Of a DNA stretch of 58,999 nt, positions 56,515-58,999 are shown piece by piece. Origin of the DNA: Myxococcales bacterium LLY-WYZ-16_1 (GTDB taxonomy: Bacteria; Myxococcota; Kuafuiibacteriia; Kuafuiibacteriales; Kuafuiibacteriaceae); the NCBI GenBank assembly GCA_031800475.1, contig DAPKRQ010000278.1:1-58999 (forward strand). Direction: 5' to 3'. The translations under genes and the position numbers were made by a program. The notes under the pieces are model-generated. The model was given only the letters and a program-made list of their open reading frames with translations, did not search any database and had not been told where the DNA came from. Every line of letters begins with the position of its first letter. Within the stretch, counting starts at the first letter, position 1.

Positions 56515-57726
56515 ATGGGTCGCATGAAGTCGATACCGGAGGACACGAACCTCCGACTGTCCGGGGTGTGGACGTCGTTTCCGAAAATCCTCGGAGGCAT
56601 CGGTCTCGCCAGCCTGGTCCTGGCGTTCATCATCGGGGCCGTGGGCGGTGAGCACGGCATCGAGCGCTTTCACTTCTCGTACCTGACGGCCTACATGTAC
56701 GGGCTCAGCTTCGCCCTCGGGGGGTTGTTCTTCGTGATGGTGCAGTTCCTCGCGAGGGCGGGTTGGAGTGTGGTCGTCCGCCGGGTTGCGGAGAACGTCA
56801 TGGGGACGTTGCCGCTGTTCGCGGTGCTGTTCATTCCGGTCGCCGTCGGGCTGCACCATACCCATCACCACTGGTGGGGCGTCGAGCCGGGTCACGACCA
56901 TCTGGTGGACCACAAGGCCCCGTACCTGAACCAGCCGTTCTTCTTCATCCGCGTGATCTTCTACTTTGCCGTGTGGATCTTCTTGGCTCTGACCTTCTGG
57001 CGGAGCTCCACCCGACAGGACGAGACGGGCGACCACGAGCTCACGCACAAGATGCAGTGGTGGTCGGCTCCCGGGATGCTGCTGTTCGCGTTGACGGTGA
57101 CCTTCGCGGCCATCGACTGGATGAAGTCGATGGAACCTCACTGGTTTTCGACGATGTGGGGCGTCTATTTCTTCGCCGGTTGCGTGATCGCCATCTTCTC
57201 GATGCTCTCGACCCTGATCATTGCGCTGCAGCGCACGGGTCACTTGCAGAAGGTCATCAATGCCGAGCACTTCCACGACCTCGGAAAACTATCGTTCGGG
57301 TTCGTGGTGTTCTGGAGCTACATCGCGTTCTCGCAGTACTTCCTGATCTGGTACGCGAACATTCCGGAAGAAACGCTGTGGTTCGAGCATCGATACCACC
57401 ACGGTTGGGAAACGGTGGGGGCCTTGCTCATCGTGGGGCACTTCTTCATTCCGTTCTTTTTCCTGCTCCCGCGGGGCATCAAACGGAATCCGGCCACCCT
57501 CATCATCGGTGCGGCATGGCTACTGTTCATTCACTATGTGGACATTTACTACATCGTCATGCCGGTGTTCAGTAAAGGTCCGCAGCCGGGCATTCTGGAT
57601 CTATTGTGTCTCGTAGGGGTGATGGGGCTGTTCTTGGCCACGTTCTCGGCACTGGCGAGTCGGTCCGAGCTGGTGCCGGTCAAGGACCCGCGACTCCCCG
57701 AGTCGTTGGCGTTCCACAACGTCTGA
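56515..57726 (+). CDS. actF: ACIII membrane subunit F
   Basis: AGWSVVVRR, YLNQPFF.IR, DWMKSMEPHWFST, HDLGK, FSQYFLIWYANIPEE. Confidence 0.92.
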   Translation: MGRMKSIPEDTNLRLSGVWTSFPKILGGIGLASLVLAFIIGAVGGEHGIERFHFSYLTAYMYGLSFALGGLFFVMVQFLARAGWSVVVRRVAENVMGTLPLFAVLFIPVAVGLHHTHHHWWGVEPGHDHLVDHKAPYLNQPFFFIRVIFYFAVWIFLALTFWRSSTRQDETGDHELTHKMQWWSAPGMLLFALTVTFAAIDWMKSMEPHWFSTMWGVYFFAGCVIAIFSMLSTLIIALQRTGHLQKVINAEHFHDLGKLSFGFVVFWSYIAFSQYFLIWYANIPEETLWFEHRYHHGWETVGALLIVGHFFIPFFFLLPRGIKRNPATLIIGAAWLLFIHYVDIYYIVMPVFSKGPQPGILDLLCLVGVMGLFLATFSALASRSELVPVKDPRLPESLAFHNV

Positions 57727-57736
57727 AAGAAGCATC

Positions 57737-58306
57737 ATGCGTATCTCGAAGCGAAACATTTGGTCTGCTGCCGGCACCGTGGTGTTCGTGGCCGGTTGCC
57801 ATGGGCCGCTGCCGGTCAACCACGATGAACACCCGAAGTGGGTCGAGTTCCGGGACGAGCAGGAGGAGCTTCTGAGCTCCTACGCCCAGGTCGATGCAGA
57901 AGAGGGTGTGTACCAGATTCCCGTGGATCGGGCCCTCGCCATGGTGGCCGACGACCCGAGCCTGCTGGAGCCGGTGGTAGAGCCGGTGAAGGCCAAGCCC
58001 ATCGAAGAGATGACCCTGGTGGAGCGTGGTGAGTACCACTTCAACAACACCTACGTGTGCGCGTCCTGCCACGCCTTCGATGGATCCCGGAAGGTGGGCC
58101 CGCCGCTGAACGACCGGTGGGGCGAAAAAGCGCTCCTCGAAGGGGGCGAAGAGGTGGTCTTCGACGACGAATACTTCCGGGAGTCCGTGTGGTACTCCCG
58201 AAAAAAGATCGCCCGGGGCTATCCGGCCGCCATGCCCGTGTTCGAAGGCCAGATGACCGAAGAGGACTACGAGGCCATCAAGGCCTACGTCAAAACCTAC
58301 CAGTGA
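57737..58306 (+). CDS. ActG-like / monoheme cytochrome c fusion lipoprotein
   Basis: VAGC lipobox, LLSSYAQVD..EGVYQIPVDRAL (ActG-like), then CASCH..DGSRKVGP...DDEYFRESV...GY.AAMP (cytochrome c). Confidence 0.75.
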   Translation: MRISKRNIWSAAGTVVFVAGCHGPLPVNHDEHPKWVEFRDEQEELLSSYAQVDAEEGVYQIPVDRALAMVADDPSLLEPVVEPVKAKPIEEMTLVERGEYHFNNTYVCASCHAFDGSRKVGPPLNDRWGEKALLEGGEEVVFDDEYFRESVWYSRKKIARGYPAAMPVFEGQMTEEDYEAIKAYVKTYQ

Positions 58307-58411
58307 CCAGGGCGGCCGGACCGCCATCGGTTGGTCCGGCCCGACCGTCGCGGCCGGAGTTCGGCGCAGGGCGCAGCCGCGGTTTTAGCAGCACACTCTT
58401 CTGCCGATGCC

Positions 58412-58852
58412 CTACCAACTGCCCGTGTTTTGCATGCTCGCCCACGGCTCCTGGGCCGGCTGAGCTTCGCCTTTTTGAAGAAGCTCGATGGATATGCCGT
58501 CCGGCGAGCGAACGAAGGCCATCCGGCCATCCCGCGGCGGCCGCAGGATCGTCACGCCGCCGTCCTGCAGGCGCTGGCAAGCAGCGTAGATGTCTTCGAC
58601 CCGATACGCCAGATGGCCAAAGTTCCGGCCCCCGGTGTAGGTTTCCGGATCCCAGTTGTAGGTGAGTTCGAGCATGGGAGACTTGTGCTCCCGGGCTTGA
58701 GCCTCGTCTCCCGGTGCCGCCAAGAACACCAATGTGAAGCGCCCCTTCTCCGACTCCTTTCGAGAGATTTCGATCAAACCCAGCTTGTTGCAGTAGAAAT
58801 CGAGGGAAGCATCCAGATCGCTGACGCGGACCATGGTGTGGAGGTATTCCAT
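58412..58852 (-). CDS. gloA: lactoylglutathione lyase (glyoxalase I, VOC family)
   Basis: [46 protein letters not shown]. Confidence 0.92.
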   Translation of the reverse strand: MEYLHTMVRVSDLDASLDFYCNKLGLIEISRKESEKGRFTLVFLAAPGDEAQAREHKSPMLELTYNWDPETYTGGRNFGHLAYRVEDIYAACQRLQDGGVTILRPPRDGRMAFVRSPDGISIELLQKGEAQPAQEPWASMQNTGSW

Positions 58853-58999
58853 GGGACCAGGGTGCCCTGGACCTCGGCCCGGGTCCAAGTCGGTTCCTCC
58901 CAATCACCGCCGCTGTCCGGCCCAAAATCCGGTCGGGCCGACCGGTGGACCGGGGGGCGGGTTTCGGTCGATGCCCGAATGCATCGCCGCCTCGGGGGC

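Overview
High-GC bacterial chromosomal window dominated by a ~39 kb anoxygenic, purple-bacteria-type (type II reaction centre) photosynthesis gene cluster (PGC, ~10.7-50.0 kb). The minus strand carries bchFNBHLM-lhaA-puhABC-orf-acsF-puhE. The plus strand carries aerR(ppaA)-ppsR-bchG-pucC-bchP-orf, a lipid-anchored HiPIP, an alpha/beta hydrolase, bchIDO, and crtEF-bchCXYZ-pufQBALMC. PpsR/CrtJ operators (TGT-N12-ACA) are intact. acsF is present and bchE is absent, which points to aerobic bacteriochlorophyll a synthesis. Directly downstream of pufC on the same strand lies an alternative complex III operon (actABCDEF). It ends in an unusual lipoprotein fusing an ActG-like segment to a caa3-oxidase-type cytochrome c domain, with no oxidase genes following. 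The left flank (lipA, stand-alone dnaK, triple-DsbA protein, cysG-cysH) and the ACIII suggest a non-proteobacterial host, most plausibly Myxococcota; this is inference and needs phylogeny. The main candidate system is a cyclic photosynthetic chain built from a proteobacterial-type RC-LH1, ACIII in place of bc1, and membrane-tethered carriers (lipo-HiPIP, ActG-cytochrome c). PufC has a transmembrane anchor and a ~200-aa acidic tail. No rRNA, tRNA, CRISPR array or mobile element was recognised. All calls come from motif recognition by eye; no database search was run.
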